From Rubripirellula sp. (GTDB taxonomy: Bacteria; Planctomycetota; Planctomycetia; Pirellulales; Pirellulaceae), in contig JBMYRF010000020.1 of assembly GCA_049602075.1 (NCBI GenBank), positions 68,240 through 132,239 on the forward strand: DNA of 64,000 nucleotides, in the 5' to 3' direction. Within the stretch, counting starts at the first letter, position 1, and each line of letters begins with the position of its first letter. Below are positions 9,890 through 19,963 of this stretch, one piece after another. Made by a program: the position numbers and the translations under genes. The notes beneath the pieces are model-generated. The model did not search any database. It was not told the DNA's origin and saw only the letters and a program-made list of their open reading frames with translations.

Positions 9890-10105
9890 TTAATTGCCTT
9901 CTCCAGGACCTGAACCGGCACCGGCTGCACCTGATCCCGATCCACCGCCATTGCCGGCTTGCATCATTTGCTCGTACTCATCCTGCTGGGATGTTGTCAT
10001 CGACTCTTCGGCTTGACCCGTGGTGACAGTCGTTTCGGTGCTCGAGCCGCATCCTATCAATCCAAGACTCAGTGTGAGGGCAAATAACATCAATAGCTTT
10101 TTCAT
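9890..10105 (-). CDS. Small (71 aa) lipoprotein with Gly-rich tail
   Basis: MKKLLMLFALTLSLGLIG-C is a classic lipoprotein signal. ATG at 10105 preferred over the TTG at 10117. Confidence 0.8.
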   Translation of the reverse strand: MKKLLMLFALTLSLGLIGCGSSTETTVTTGQAEESMTTSQQDEYEQMMQAGNGGGSGSGAAGAGSGPGEGN

Positions 10106-10229
10106 CAAATCATCCAAGCTTAACGGGAATATGAGCCCCGACGGCAGTCATCAAGGCACTCTGTAGATCTCTAATAATACTAGAAAATTTTCCGCTCAAC
10201 AGGGTACCGGGCTTGCCGCATCGGATGGA

Positions 10230-13226
10230 TTAACGTGAGACCAGATCTGTCTGGCCTTCCACGGCAAGGTATCGTCCTGGGGGTGTTGCCCCGGTAAATT
10301 CCTGTCGTTTACCAGATGGCCAATGCACCACCAGTCGCGTCACTTCCGCCTCGAGTCCCAGCCCGAATTCAACGAACGCCTCATCACTGCAGAGGTAGCC
10401 ATCACCCGCGGTGACCCAAGCCGTTCGTTTCTGGCCGGCTACGGCAATTTCGACTCGAGTACCGATGGCATCTCGTTCGCTTGTGGTGCCGACGAGTTCT
10501 AACTGCAATTCACGCCCCTTCGTGTTGGTCTCATTCCGCAAGAGTGCAACCGGTTTGTCGAGGTGATTGATCATCAAGTCCGATGCTCCGTCGCGGTCAA
10601 AGTCCAGCATCGCCATCGATCGGCCAAGGTAATTTTGTTCCCAGTAGCCGGAGTCATCGTCAACCGCGACCAGCTCGAAAAACTCGCCGCGGTTCATCAG
10701 CAGTTGCGGCGGCAGCTGAAACCCCTCGCCATAATCACTCATGTCGAAAATGTGCCCATTGGTGATTGCCAGGTCGAGCCAGCCGTTGCGGTCAATGTCG
10801 ATCGCCTTCGTGCCAAAGCCAACATAGGGAAGGCTCAACTCATCAAGGCGGTAACGCACGGCATAGTCGGTGAATCCACCTGTGGTCGCTTGCAAGTAAA
10901 GATTTGCCGATTCTTGATTGAAATTGGTGATGTGTAGGTCGAGGGTGCCATCGTGATTGAAGTCGGCTGCCGCGATTCCCATACAACCGTTGGCAGTTCC
11001 GCTGAATCCGTTGGCAACACCTTGCACATCGGCAGCATTCAAAAGCGTATTCTCATCCGCTTGAAGGAGGAAATGGTTTGGTCGCACATCGTTCCCCACA
11101 AAAACTTCATTGCCGCTTTGGTTGTCAAAGTCGGCCACCAATACACCGAGTGATGTTCCAGGGCGAGCCGTGTCGCGAGTGATTTCGTGAACTGCAAAGT
11201 TACCATTGCCCAGATTTTCGAACCAACGATCGGATTGGGCAAAGTGTTCGAGTGGTGAGGGTTGGATCTCGCGGCCATCTTTGTCGACCTTGGGCAGAGC
11301 GAAGGCACCGTCCATTTCGATGTAGACCGCTTCATAAAGATCGGGGAGAGCGTCTCCGTTGATATCGGCGATCGCCAACGAAGTGCTAAACCGATCAGCC
11401 ACCTCACCCAATCGTTCGGTGGTGTCCTGGAAGGTCCCGTCACCGTTGTTAATTAAGAGTCGATTGTGTCCCAGGCTGCCAACGAATAAATCGGGAAAGC
11501 CGTCTTGATTGACATCACCCGCTGCCAAACCAGATCCGTAGTTTAGGTCGGTGCCACCCGCTGGAAGTGTGACGGCAACAAACTTGCCATCGTTGTTCCG
11601 CATCAGTTGATTCGATCTCGTGCAGGCGTCTGAAGGTGGTTCCCCCGAGCCTTGGGCGAAGTAGACGTCGGGCCAGCCATCAAGGTCGTAGTCCAACACG
11701 GCGATACCGCCGCCGATCGATTCATGAATCGGAATCGAGGCAAGGTTGATTTCGAGGTCTTGATACCACTGAAAGTCGAGCCCCACATTGGATGCGACAT
11801 TGACTAAACGTGGTGCAGCGAGTGCCGTAACCAGTTTTGACTCAGGGGGCGATGGGGGCGTTTCCCGGGCAGCAAGTAATGTTTCAAACGCCGTGCCAAG
11901 GCTGAAGTTATTCGGGTCAACACCGAGCAAAGAGGCCTCTCTGGCCATCACGAGCGCTTCCTCGGAATTCAGCAGTTCGCCTCGCTTTTGTTCTATTTCC
12001 CGACGTTTTTGGATGTCGCGACTTGGATGGACGCGGATTGCCCAGGCAAGGATTTCAAAGGGGCGTTCGAGTTCAAGCATATGTTGCATGAGTTTTGACG
12101 AGCCGCTTTGATGCTCGCTGCGGTTGCTCACGGGGATCGCTTGTAACGCTTCGGATGAACGTTCGCATTGAGCTAACTCGACGCCCCGTCTGCGGAACTG
12201 CTCGGCCTGTTCCGGTTGTCCCATGGCATCAAAGACCTTGGCCAGTCGCTGGATGCTCAATCGATCGGTAGGGTTGTGGAGTACGGCCTCCAGCAGGGCC
12301 CTGGCTGATGCTTCATATTCGCGAGCATCGAAAAAGTGTGTGCCCAATGCAGCCCAGTAATCACCCAATTCTTCTAGCTCGGGCAAGTCGCAGGCAGCGT
12401 GCCACTTTGGAAACTGCTCTGCGGCCTGTGTCTCGGCAAGTAGTCGGCCGTACAGGGCACTCGCTGCGGCGGTTTTAAATCCCGATTCGTATTCTGGAGT
12501 TAGCTCTTCAATGGCTTTTCGATAATCGAGCTGACTGAAATGCCAGCGAGCCAGGCCTAAGCCGGGCTCAAAATATTTACTCGGGTCGGTGTTTGGTTCC
12601 AGAATGATCGGAAAAGCATCTGTACGGCGGATGAGGGAATGCAACTCCATTTCATCGGCTTGTCCGATTCGGCAAAGTAATTCCGCTTGTCGGCAGGCAT
12701 CCTCGCGACGGCCGACCTGATTGAGTAATCGCCAGGCGCGGTGTCGAAGAGCCGATTGTCGCGGCTTCTTTTCGAGTTCAGCCAGAAAGACGTCCGCTGC
12801 TTCAGAAGTGCGTTTCAATTCAAAAAGAGATCGGGCGTGCAGAAAGACCGCCCGTTCCCCGAGACGCCAATCGGTGTCGATCGAACTTGCTAATGCCAGT
12901 GACTTGTCGAAATTGCCTCGTTCTGCTTCGGCCTCTCCTGCCAAAAGCATCGCCTCGTAATTCGTTGGGTCCTCGAGGAGAGCCTTGTAGGCGGCATCGG
13001 CGGAGGATTCCCAGTAGTTCAACGATGCCATACGGCGGGCGACCGCCAAGTGGTCGACGTTCTCAGGTTCGGGTGTGCCCTTTCCTTCCGCCGTGGTCTC
13101 GCTTGCATCGATTGTCGCAATGGGCGGATCTGCCGCCGGTTTTGATTCAGAATCACAGCCAACGTGTAGCAGCGTGCCCAGCCACAGCAACGTGCAAAGC
13201 GTTTGAGTCCGATTCGTCATGTCCAT
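10230..13226 (-). CDS. TPR + FG-GAP + ASPIC/UnbV lipoprotein, paralog 2
   Basis: 998 aa. Lipobox HVG-C, GGGIAVLDYDLDGWPDVYF, DVNQDGFPD, DINGDALPD, DFNHDGTLD, DFDRDGASD, ERDAIGTRV...GDGYLCSDE. Confidence 0.93.
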   Translation of the reverse strand: MDMTNRTQTLCTLLWLGTLLHVGCDSESKPAADPPIATIDASETTAEGKGTPEPENVDHLAVARRMASLNYWESSADAAYKALLEDPTNYEAMLLAGEAEAERGNFDKSLALASSIDTDWRLGERAVFLHARSLFELKRTSEAADVFLAELEKKPRQSALRHRAWRLLNQVGRREDACRQAELLCRIGQADEMELHSLIRRTDAFPIILEPNTDPSKYFEPGLGLARWHFSQLDYRKAIEELTPEYESGFKTAAASALYGRLLAETQAAEQFPKWHAACDLPELEELGDYWAALGTHFFDAREYEASARALLEAVLHNPTDRLSIQRLAKVFDAMGQPEQAEQFRRRGVELAQCERSSEALQAIPVSNRSEHQSGSSKLMQHMLELERPFEILAWAIRVHPSRDIQKRREIEQKRGELLNSEEALVMAREASLLGVDPNNFSLGTAFETLLAARETPPSPPESKLVTALAAPRLVNVASNVGLDFQWYQDLEINLASIPIHESIGGGIAVLDYDLDGWPDVYFAQGSGEPPSDACTRSNQLMRNNDGKFVAVTLPAGGTDLNYGSGLAAGDVNQDGFPDLFVGSLGHNRLLINNGDGTFQDTTERLGEVADRFSTSLAIADINGDALPDLYEAVYIEMDGAFALPKVDKDGREIQPSPLEHFAQSDRWFENLGNGNFAVHEITRDTARPGTSLGVLVADFDNQSGNEVFVGNDVRPNHFLLQADENTLLNAADVQGVANGFSGTANGCMGIAAADFNHDGTLDLHITNFNQESANLYLQATTGGFTDYAVRYRLDELSLPYVGFGTKAIDIDRNGWLDLAITNGHIFDMSDYGEGFQLPPQLLMNRGEFFELVAVDDDSGYWEQNYLGRSMAMLDFDRDGASDLMINHLDKPVALLRNETNTKGRELQLELVGTTSERDAIGTRVEIAVAGQKRTAWVTAGDGYLCSDEAFVEFGLGLEAEVTRLVVHWPSGKRQEFTGATPPGRYLAVEGQTDLVSR

Positions 13227-13448
13227 AATTCTCGTACGAGACTGCGTTCAAGTCGGTTCAGTCCCAGCAATGGGGGAACGCATCCCCAGTAGTCTAACGA
13301 AAAACATCGGTTTTAGATGGTCCACGTTAGATACCCGCCGTTACCGTGCCCCATCGATCGCCACCCTAAACGGCCCAGGGCTAGCCGCCGATATTGCTGG
13401 GTGAGCGTGACTTGTTGAGGCCAGTCGTCACATTGGTTCAGGGGGCGG

Positions 13449-16400
13449 TTAACGATCAACTGGCTCGCGATCAGTTTCTTCGTTCAGCGAAAACGGTGCA
13501 CTCTGGTTTTCAATGACCAGCAACCGCTGATTGGTTTGCAAATCTTGAATCGACTGTATTTTTCCACTTGGCCAGTGAATGGTCATTTCTTCCACCGTTT
13601 CAATTTCACCCAAGCCAAACGAAATCATCGGTTCGTTACGACAAAAGAAACCATCGCCCGCTGTCACCCACTCGGTAAACTTTCGATTGCCGGCGCGGAG
13701 TTCGACGCGTGCTCCCACTGCATCTCGTTCACTTTCGACGCCTCGCAAGACAAGTTGAACCCAGTGATTCGAATTTGGGCTTTGGTTCACAAGCAACGCC
13801 GAAGACTCTCCAAGATGCGTGACGACAAAGTCAGGAAGCCCATCACGATTCCAATCCAATCTTGCCAAGCCCCGTCCAAGGTGATTGCGGTTCCAGTAAC
13901 CCGAATCATCAGTCACTTCGGCTAGCTCGAAACGGTCACCCAGGTTGCGGAATAACTGGACCGGTTGCGCGAACGGGGCCCCGCTGTTGACGGAATCCTC
14001 AATGTGTCCGTTTGCGACGACCAGATCAAGATCTCCATCGTTTTCATAATCGAGTGCTTGGGTTCCAAAGCCTAAAACCGATTGGCTTGGCACTGCAAAT
14101 CCGAATTGAATGTTCCGATCCTGATACATGCCCTGCTCATTCAAGTAGTGGCTGACGCTTTCGCCTTGGAAATTGGTGATGTGAAAATCGAGCCACCCAT
14201 TCCGATCAAAATCACCGGCGGCGATCCCCATTGATGCTGTTTTTGCTCCATTGAATCCATAGGCACAGCCGATCAGCATCGCGACATCGGTCCAGTCACC
14301 CGATTTTGCGTCCCGTTGCCAGAGTTGATTTGCGTAGACGTCATTGCCAACGAAAACCTCGTTCCCAGGTTGGTGGTCAAAATTTCCCACGACAACGCCC
14401 AGCCCAGCACGAGCGGCGGTCTCCGGTTTCCCCATTGGTAAAAAAGTGGGATCGCCTTGAGCGTTCCCGATGATCAGGCGGTCGAGCCCCGGTTGAAATT
14501 CCTTGGGCATCAGCGTTTCGATCACTTGCCCCTGCGGATTGCGACGCGGGCGTTTACTGATCTGTGAATCATGAATGTAATTCACTTCAAAAATGTCGGG
14601 AAGTTGATCACCTGTAAGATCACCCATTGCCAGCGAAGTGGTCATTACCGTCGTGTCGTCAAGGTCATCCAGTGCTTGTCGGCGAAAGGTTCCATCACCG
14701 TTGTTGATTAGTAATGTGTTCGCACCGATGTTTGCCACGACGAGATCTGGGAATCCGTCCTGGTTCCAATCGCCGGCAGTCACACCTAAGGAATAGCGGT
14801 AGTCCGCCGCGCCAGCAAGTTCCGTAATATTGCGGACTTTTACACCTTCACCGCGGTAAAGTTGATTGCTGCTGTCGCCCTGAAAGGTAGGAGGATCACC
14901 GCCGCCTTGAGAAAAATACAAATCGATTTGGCCATCACAGTCGTAATCCAAAACCGCCACGGCACCACCAACGGACTGGTAAACCGAGAATCCGTTGGTT
15001 TGCAATTCGCTGGCGACTTGGAAAGCGTGTTGTAGACCGATTTCGTCTGCCCTGTTTGCAAAGCTAGCTGGCAGATGGTTCGCGTTCTGTGGACCAAGAC
15101 CGGTGGACGTTACTGTGTTGGACTTGATCAGCGAGGCGAGGTTTGGGAGCGGGAATTGTTCTCGATTAATTTGGCAAATTCGCGAACGGATGTGCGAGAG
15201 ACTATCGCGATTGCTGGCTGCACTCGTCAACTTAGAGTAAAGCGGTTGCAGTTGTTCGGCGGATAGTTTCCGATGGAACCCTGCTACCAAACGCCAGACA
15301 GTCGATTCAAGTTGACGATCCATTGAATCAAGTAGCTCGGCTAGGTTGTCCATCGCCTCCACATTCGGAGTGGCGGAGTCGACGATCCGATTGTTTTCTC
15401 TGGCGATTGCTTCGAGGTTTTGGAAACGTTTTTCCAGGCGAATCGCCTCTTCCGGCTGGCCGAGCGATTCCAGGATGGATCGTAGTCGACTGATTGAGCG
15501 AAAATCGGTCGGGTCACGAACCAGCGCCTCGATCAACGCTCGCCCCGCTTCGGGAAGACGGTTTTCTGACAACAGGACTAGTCCGAGGGCGGCCCAATAA
15601 TCGGCATGTTCCTGTGTTTGTTGATCGACGTGAGTTAGCCACCAATCAATGCTCGGTTCGTCTTGCGCTTCCGCTGCGGCACGCCCGAACAGCGCTAGCA
15701 CAGATGGCGGCTGTTTTCCTGTCGTCACGGCAGTACGCAGTACCTCGACGGTTTCTTGATACTTGTCTTCCATGAACAGTCGTCGCGCTTCGGCCGCTGG
15801 CCCAATCGGCCAGTAAGGTCTTTCGGCAGGATCACCGGGGGCCTGCCCCTGCGGCGTATACATCGCATCGCTCAGTTGGATCAAAGCGTGTAGTTCATCC
15901 TGCTGGACATCACCCTGGCGACACAATTGATAAAGATGCGTGGCGGCTTCGTGGCGACGACCTTGACGGTTATAAAGGTATGCCAAATTGCGATGTGCTT
16001 GGCTCGCCAGCGGAGCGACTTCCAAGATCTTCAGGTAGCGTTCTTCGGCTTCCTGGTACCGTTCCAAGAAAAAACACCAATCGGCTGATTGGCCTAGTGC
16101 GGGTAGTCCTGCATCCGGATGATCGGAAGGAATTGCATCAAGCAGTTCGATCGCTTGCGCGAGATCATTTCGATTGGCAACGAGCATCGCCAAGCGAAAA
16201 ATAACTTCTGCATCAGTTGGGTCTCGGACGAGCAACGACTTGAGTTTTGCCTCGGCCGAAGTGACATCGCCGCTGGCAAGCAACTGCCCGATCGATTCGA
16301 GCTCGGCATCGCGATTGACGATCTTGTTGGGTGGTTCGGCGTTTGCGTTGGGCCGCGATTGTGAGGTGTCGGTTACTGCTGACGGGTTTCCTGTTTCGGC

Positions 16401-16622
16401 TGACGGGGTTTTGCTGGAGGGTTTTGATCCGTTGAATGATTCTGATTCCTTAGGACTAGTCGTCGACGGTTCGGATTTCGTTGGTGCGGGTGTGATCGGG
16501 ATTTCATCCGTCTCGCAGCCTGCCTGGGGCAGTATCCCGAAGCTCAACGTAAGTGTCAGAATCAGTGGTTTGATGGTGGTCGAGATTGCTCTCGAATGCC
16601 TTGGGAGCACCAGCGTCTTCAT
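13449..16622 (-). CDS. TPR + FG-GAP + ASPIC/UnbV lipoprotein, paralog 3
   Basis: 1057 aa. Lipobox QAG-C, DYDCDGQID, DWNQDGFPD, DLTGDQLPD, DFDRNGWLD, DYENDGDLD, DWNRDGLPD, ERDAVGARV...GDGFFCRNE. Confidence 0.93.
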   Translation of the reverse strand: MKTLVLPRHSRAISTTIKPLILTLTLSFGILPQAGCETDEIPITPAPTKSEPSTTSPKESESFNGSKPSSKTPSAETGNPSAVTDTSQSRPNANAEPPNKIVNRDAELESIGQLLASGDVTSAEAKLKSLLVRDPTDAEVIFRLAMLVANRNDLAQAIELLDAIPSDHPDAGLPALGQSADWCFFLERYQEAEERYLKILEVAPLASQAHRNLAYLYNRQGRRHEAATHLYQLCRQGDVQQDELHALIQLSDAMYTPQGQAPGDPAERPYWPIGPAAEARRLFMEDKYQETVEVLRTAVTTGKQPPSVLALFGRAAAEAQDEPSIDWWLTHVDQQTQEHADYWAALGLVLLSENRLPEAGRALIEALVRDPTDFRSISRLRSILESLGQPEEAIRLEKRFQNLEAIARENNRIVDSATPNVEAMDNLAELLDSMDRQLESTVWRLVAGFHRKLSAEQLQPLYSKLTSAASNRDSLSHIRSRICQINREQFPLPNLASLIKSNTVTSTGLGPQNANHLPASFANRADEIGLQHAFQVASELQTNGFSVYQSVGGAVAVLDYDCDGQIDLYFSQGGGDPPTFQGDSSNQLYRGEGVKVRNITELAGAADYRYSLGVTAGDWNQDGFPDLVVANIGANTLLINNGDGTFRRQALDDLDDTTVMTTSLAMGDLTGDQLPDIFEVNYIHDSQISKRPRRNPQGQVIETLMPKEFQPGLDRLIIGNAQGDPTFLPMGKPETAARAGLGVVVGNFDHQPGNEVFVGNDVYANQLWQRDAKSGDWTDVAMLIGCAYGFNGAKTASMGIAAGDFDRNGWLDFHITNFQGESVSHYLNEQGMYQDRNIQFGFAVPSQSVLGFGTQALDYENDGDLDLVVANGHIEDSVNSGAPFAQPVQLFRNLGDRFELAEVTDDSGYWNRNHLGRGLARLDWNRDGLPDFVVTHLGESSALLVNQSPNSNHWVQLVLRGVESERDAVGARVELRAGNRKFTEWVTAGDGFFCRNEPMISFGLGEIETVEEMTIHWPSGKIQSIQDLQTNQRLLVIENQSAPFSLNEETDREPVDR

Positions 16623-16632
16623 GATTACAGCC

Positions 16633-19600
16633 TCACCGTTCTAGCTCAAACCAACTGTCATCTGTTTCGACCACCAAAATCCGATGATCGATACCGACAT
16701 TGTTTAGGATCTGGTTCGCTCCACTCGGCCATTGGATCTGCACGCGATCGATCTTCGTCGCCGTACCCAGGCCAAAGGAGACGACTGCTTCGTTGCGGCA
16801 GAGATAGCCATCGCCGCCGACCGCCCACTCGGTCCAGCGACGTTCCTCCGATTCGACAGTGACCTTGGCACCTACTGCGTCTCGTTCACTTTCGACCCCG
16901 ACCAGTCGCAGTTGCAGCCAATGCCCCGACGTTTTCGATTCATTCATCAGTAGTGCCGAGGGTTCATTCAAGTGCGTGACGACTAAGTCGTTTTTGCCAT
17001 CTCGATTGAAGTCGATTTTCGCCATCGCTCGTCCAAGATGAGGTTGGGGCCAATAGCCGGACGGATCCGAGACGGTGACTTCCTGAAACTGCTTTCCCAG
17101 ATTGGCGAACAGCTGTGATTTTTGTCGGAATGGTCCACTCATTTTCGCATAGTCGTCGATGTGTCCGTTTGTCACGGCGAGATCGAGCAGTCCGTTGTTG
17201 TCGTAGTCAAGTGATTGTGACCCAAAGCCGAGTACTCGGTAACTCGGGACACCAAGGCGAAACTGGGCGGCGCGATCTTGGAAGTAGCCATTCTTGGCAA
17301 GATACAGGCAGACGTTTTCGTTCTGGAAATTTGTGACGTGTAGGTCAAGAGTCCCAGAGTGGTCAAAGTCACCAGCGGCAATTCCCATGCTGGCCGTCCC
17401 GCCGCCGTCAAACGAATAGGCGGCACCGGTAATCATCGCAACATCGGTCCACTGCTGGGAATCTTGATTACGAACCCACAGTTGGTTGGGCGATTTATCG
17501 TTCCCAATGAAAATATCGTTACCCGGTTGCTGATCGAAGTTAGCGATCACGACGCCAAGTCCGCGAAACGCCTCGGATGATTCCGCACCGATTGAGTCAA
17601 AGCGAATTGCTCCGCTGCCATCGTTTAAGCCGATTCGGTCTTGAACAGGCGCGAAGTCAGCCGGGCCGACTGCTTCGATGACACGTCCCGAATCCTCGCG
17701 TTCGGGAAGCATCGCGATTTCCGAATCTTGGATGTAATTTACCTCGACCAAATCGGGCAGATTGTCTCCGTTTAAATCACCAATTGCGACCGATGCCGGC
17801 ATACGTTCAAGGCTATCGCTGCCAGGGAGCGCGCGAGCGGTAAAGGTGCCATCGCCGTTATTGATCAAGAGTTGGTTCGGGCCGATGTTGGCTGTCACCA
17901 AATCAGGGAAGCCATCCTGGTTCCAATCGCCTGCGGTACAGCCGATGGTGTAGCGTCGATCCGTTGCGCCGGAGAAATTTGTGACATCAATGACTTTCCC
18001 GCTCAGGTTTCGCCATAAGCCATTCGATTGTTCAGCGATGAAATCTGGCGGGGCAGCAGCACCTTGGGCAAAGTAAAGATCAGGATTGCCATCTTGGTCA
18101 TAGTCGATGACCGCGACACCTCCGCCCGTTTGGTGGTACATCGAAAAACCGGATTCCAGCGGCTGCGGTGCAAGTTCATACCGATGGGTCAAACCGACTT
18201 CTGCCGCGGCATTTCGGAATTGTGCCGGATTCGCTTGAGAAATGGATGCGACGCGATCGCCCGATCGATCGATCGATGCGTCACGCAGGTTCTTGATGTT
18301 GGGCATCGCAAAGGCCGTGAGTTGCATTTCGCAGATCCGTTTGTTGCGTTTGGGGAAATCGGTACCCGCCGCGACCAGTTTTTGGCGTTCGCGATTCCAA
18401 TGCTCCAATGCGTCTTTTGGTAACTTTTGATGGTAGGCTTCGAGCGACTTCCAGAGTACGGCTTCTAGGTTTCGTCCCAGCCCCGAAAGTTGAGAAGCAA
18501 TTTCATCCATCGCTTCGACGTTTGGCGTTCGACTGTCTGAGATATCATTGTTTGCCAGCAGTACTTTACGATTTGAATTCCAACGCTTCTCCCATTGATC
18601 TGCATCGGTTGATTTTCCGAGCAAAGTCAGCATCTGGTAGAGACGATTCATCGAGCGAAAGTCAGTCGGGTCTCGGTCGAGCGCTTCGAGAAACGCCCTC
18701 GCCGCTGCTTCGTGTTGCTGACGCCCCGCCAGATGGGTTGCGATCGCTGACCAGTATTCCGAGAACTGACTGATCGTTTCGAGGTCAGTGAGTCCGTTAA
18801 GCCAATTCTGAAATGCTTCGTCGTTTTGGGCCTCGGCAAGAACTCGACCGTAAAATGCGTTGATCGCAGGTGGTGCATCGCCAGCCGCGATTGCGTTCCC
18901 TAACATTTCAGCCGCTTCGGCATATCGACGTTCGGTAAAAAGAACCCGTGCTTTTCCTGATGGTCCGATGGGAGTGTAGTCCGTCGTGGCATCCGCTTGT
19001 GCACTCGGTTCGCTCGACATGGCGTCGCTCAGAATGACTAACGCATGCAATTCGTCCTGGCGAAAGTCTCCAAGCTTGCAGAGCTCCCGAATGTGGACCG
19101 CCGCCTCATGCCGCCGACCCTGACGATTGAAGAGTTGCCCCAGCCGACGGTGAGCCATCGCTGCATCGGGAGCAAGCTGCAGAATTGCTTTATAACGCCG
19201 CTCCGCTTCATCAAAATTCCCGAGTTGAGCAGACCAGTCAGCTGATTGACCAAGGGCGGGAAGTCCAGCTTCGAAGTTATCTGCGGGAATTAGATCGAGG
19301 TACTCGACGCCAGCTTTCAAGTCGCCAGAGACTGCGCTGATGTTGGCCAGCCGAAATAACACGTCTACATCTTCTGGATCGACCAGCAATTGCTCCCGCA
19401 GCAATTTGGTGGCTTCGACTAGCTGTCCCCCTTGCAGCATCTGGTCAATCCGCCCAAGTTGCTGTTCGCGGTTCAGTGGCGGAGCAGCGGTGTTCGCATA
19501 CCGGTTGCCACCTGTGGCTGTCTCAAACTCGGGAGTTGATTGGCCGCTAACCCGTTCGAGATTTTCAGACTCATTCGTCGGTGTTGGGGTGGTCGAGTCA

Positions 19601-19794
19601 GAGCAGCCAACGGACAGAAGTGCAGTGAATGCCAACAGCAGGTAAACACGAACTGGCAACTGGCAACCATTCAATGGCACCTGATAACCACAATCTGGTT
19701 TAGCCTTGCGAGTCGCCGAGGAAGGAAATGCCATCGGTCTCGATCGCCAAAATTCGAACTTTTGCATTGCCATCAACGCCGCCCTGAGAGGCAT
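16633..19794 (-). CDS. TPR + FG-GAP + ASPIC/UnbV lipoprotein, paralog 4
   Basis: 1053 aa. Lipobox SVG-C, DYDQDGNPD, DWNQDGFPD, DLNGDNLPD, DFDHSGTLD, DYDNNGLLD, DFNRDGKND. Its stop is 10 bp upstream of the paralog 3 start. Start codon uncertain. Confidence 0.93.
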   Translation of the reverse strand: MPLRAALMAMQKFEFWRSRPMAFPSSATRKAKPDCGYQVPLNGCQLPVRVYLLLAFTALLSVGCSDSTTPTPTNESENLERVSGQSTPEFETATGGNRYANTAAPPLNREQQLGRIDQMLQGGQLVEATKLLREQLLVDPEDVDVLFRLANISAVSGDLKAGVEYLDLIPADNFEAGLPALGQSADWSAQLGNFDEAERRYKAILQLAPDAAMAHRRLGQLFNRQGRRHEAAVHIRELCKLGDFRQDELHALVILSDAMSSEPSAQADATTDYTPIGPSGKARVLFTERRYAEAAEMLGNAIAAGDAPPAINAFYGRVLAEAQNDEAFQNWLNGLTDLETISQFSEYWSAIATHLAGRQQHEAAARAFLEALDRDPTDFRSMNRLYQMLTLLGKSTDADQWEKRWNSNRKVLLANNDISDSRTPNVEAMDEIASQLSGLGRNLEAVLWKSLEAYHQKLPKDALEHWNRERQKLVAAGTDFPKRNKRICEMQLTAFAMPNIKNLRDASIDRSGDRVASISQANPAQFRNAAAEVGLTHRYELAPQPLESGFSMYHQTGGGVAVIDYDQDGNPDLYFAQGAAAPPDFIAEQSNGLWRNLSGKVIDVTNFSGATDRRYTIGCTAGDWNQDGFPDLVTANIGPNQLLINNGDGTFTARALPGSDSLERMPASVAIGDLNGDNLPDLVEVNYIQDSEIAMLPEREDSGRVIEAVGPADFAPVQDRIGLNDGSGAIRFDSIGAESSEAFRGLGVVIANFDQQPGNDIFIGNDKSPNQLWVRNQDSQQWTDVAMITGAAYSFDGGGTASMGIAAGDFDHSGTLDLHVTNFQNENVCLYLAKNGYFQDRAAQFRLGVPSYRVLGFGSQSLDYDNNGLLDLAVTNGHIDDYAKMSGPFRQKSQLFANLGKQFQEVTVSDPSGYWPQPHLGRAMAKIDFNRDGKNDLVVTHLNEPSALLMNESKTSGHWLQLRLVGVESERDAVGAKVTVESEERRWTEWAVGGDGYLCRNEAVVSFGLGTATKIDRVQIQWPSGANQILNNVGIDHRILVVETDDSWFELER

Positions 19795-19905
19795 TTACCT
19801 TGGTTTCTCGCATACTCGCTGCATTGTACCCAATTAGATCGATTCGTCGTGGCCGGCAGCGGAGTGGCATGTTGGGTGGTTGGCTACCCGGCTGAGCAGT
19901 GTTTC

Positions 19906-19963
19906 CCTGATTACGGGTTTCCTGATTACGGGTTTCCTGATTACGGGTTTCCTGAGCACGGTT
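19906..19963. repeat. 15-bp tandem repeat, 3 exact copies plus 1 degenerate (CCTGATTACGGGTTT)
   Basis: Directly visible in the divergent intergenic region between FG-GAP paralog 4 and the ABC ATPase gene. Confidence 0.9.
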
